Assembly (NCBI GenBank): GCA_021432655.1 | Contig: MU271643.1 | Span: 1-36,047, forward strand | Origin: Atractiella rhizophila | Taxonomy: Eukaryota | DNA: 36,047 nucleotides | Reading direction: 5' to 3' | Shown: piece after piece, positions 34,801 through 36,047 of the stretch | Layout of the letters: each line of letters begins with the position of its first letter | Position numbering within the stretch: the first letter of the stretch is position 1 | Notes under the pieces: generated by a model | What the model was told of the DNA's origin: nothing | What the model saw: the letters and a program-made list of their open reading frames with translations, nothing else | The model's database searches: none | Made by a program: the position numbers and the translations under genes

Positions 34801-35701
34801 CAGGACGCACTCGAATGGTCCCACCGCGTAAGTGACGAGATAAGTCGACACCTTCGGGCTCTTCTCGAACTCAGTAAGCGTCCACTCTCCCTCCTTCGCA
34901 TCAGCGGCCTTGAGTATTTGCTCATTGAGAGACTTGAGGCTGTCCTCGTTGAGGAGTTCACTCGGCTCGAAGGTAGGTCCTGAGATCTTGGTGGATTTGG
35001 ACGGCATGTTTGCGAGGGCAACGTATTCGGAACGTGCGAGGAGAGACATGCTGTAAGTCGCCTTGAAGTTAGGCTCGTCCCAGCAGGGGAAAGCCTGAAA
35101 TTACTTTCTCATCAGATCACAGAGATTGATGGAGTGAGAGAGCAAACCTGGCGTGCGGCCGTGGGTTCGAACTGGGTCAGAGCGTAGGATACCGTTTTGT
35201 CGCTACCGGAAGGTTTATAAGAAGAGTTGTAGAAGCCTACAACATCAAGGATCAATTTGTTATGTAGAATCAAACAGAAGAAGACCAACCCATCAAGGAT
35301 TTTCCAAGTTGGGCAGAGAATGCCAATCCCAACTTGACCTTTCCAGGCGAGATGATTCTCTTCTGATCGGGAGCGCCGAAGGTGACAGTGAGTCTTTCAT
35401 CTTCTCCCTCAGCCCTCTGGATATGGCCACCTTTCCAAACCTCTCCGATCACCTTGCCACTGTCATCCAACTTCGCGAGCGCCACGGAGTCCTCAAAGAC
35501 GTTAAGAGTCTTCGCAGCATGAAGAACGAGCTTGTCCGTGTCCTTGGGGACGTCTAGAGAGATTTCAACCAGTCCAGAAAAGGTGAGAGAGGATAGATCA
35601 GTCTGGATCTTTAAGTCATAATGGGTTGGAGCTGGACCACCAGCGTCGAGAGACGCGATGCGATAGGGATTGGAGGGGTCAACAAGATCTGGGAGGGACA
35701 T
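31814..35701 (-). CDS. M1-family zinc aminopeptidase (Ape2/Aap1/puromycin-sensitive type), many exons
   Basis: ATG at 35701 (PTHYDLKI); TQFEPTAAR/AFPCWDEP; STYLVTYAVGPF; YPLPKLDTL; GAM/EGWGLITGRT; HEVAHMW...WLNEAFAT (HEXXH-x18-E); FDSISYEKGGSVLRML; ERAP1-like C-terminal region; stop at 31814-31816. One GC-AG intron at 34420-34470. Confidence 0.95.
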
Positions 35702-36047
35702 CGTTTGCTTTTGTTTCTGTGTGAAGGCCCAAGATCTACTGGAAATTGTGTATGGTGACAGTGACAGAGCTCGATGTAGCTTTGATGTAGCGACGAGATG
35801 GGTGGTGGAAAGCTGTAGATCAGTTCAATCAGCCTCTGAGTTCTCGTGGTTCATTTGTCAATGTGTGCGCCTATATATATATCACAATCTAGCGACCTTT
35901 GCTCGCTTCAGGAATGAGTCGATTAGCGGTCTGCCGTGGACTTTGGACACGAGCCAACGTTGACAGTTGGGTGTTGAACCGAGACATCATGCCAGCACCA
36001 AGTGAGGGGTGGAATAACTTCAGCACGCACCTTTCTACTTGATCTTG

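Noticed and set aside
1..36047. CRISPR arrays, tRNA/rRNA genes, intact transposons
   Set aside because: I saw no spaced direct repeats, cloverleaf, rRNA-like stretch, transposase or reverse-transcriptase ORF, LTRs or TIRs.

Overview
Gene-dense, intron-rich fungal chromosomal DNA. It is most consistent with a basidiomycete (inference from ~45-75 nt introns, GTRMGY/GTTCGT/GTGCGT donors, CTRAC/CTGAT branch points and the protein sequences). I assembled 14 protein-coding genes by hand from splice signals: a Siz/PIAS SUMO ligase, ADP/ATP carrier, NudC, Lsm1 (only its last exon shows in the ORF track), a large membrane protein with a GT-A-like domain and a degenerate alginate-lyase-like domain, a Zn(II)2Cys6 transcription factor, Alg5, a small orphan ORF, an Adp1-type ABCG half transporter, a Ser-rich protein, a PPxY/beta-repeat/CaaX protein, Nxt1, an Rnc1-like triple-KH RNA-binding protein and an M1 aminopeptidase. 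I see no rRNA, tRNA, CRISPR array or intact transposon. The most interesting unexplained signals are: four introns of 516-985 nt against a ~50-nt background, especially those of the neighbouring RNA-metabolism genes nxt1 and rnc1, which hold clear stems and PTC-bearing cryptic exons; the GT/pseudo-lyase fusion; a four-intron leader upstream of the transcription factor; the PY-plus-CaaX protein; and a GAMEN-to-GAMEG change in the aminopeptidase. All exon models and family assignments come from reading the sequence and recalling motifs; no database search or folding program was run.
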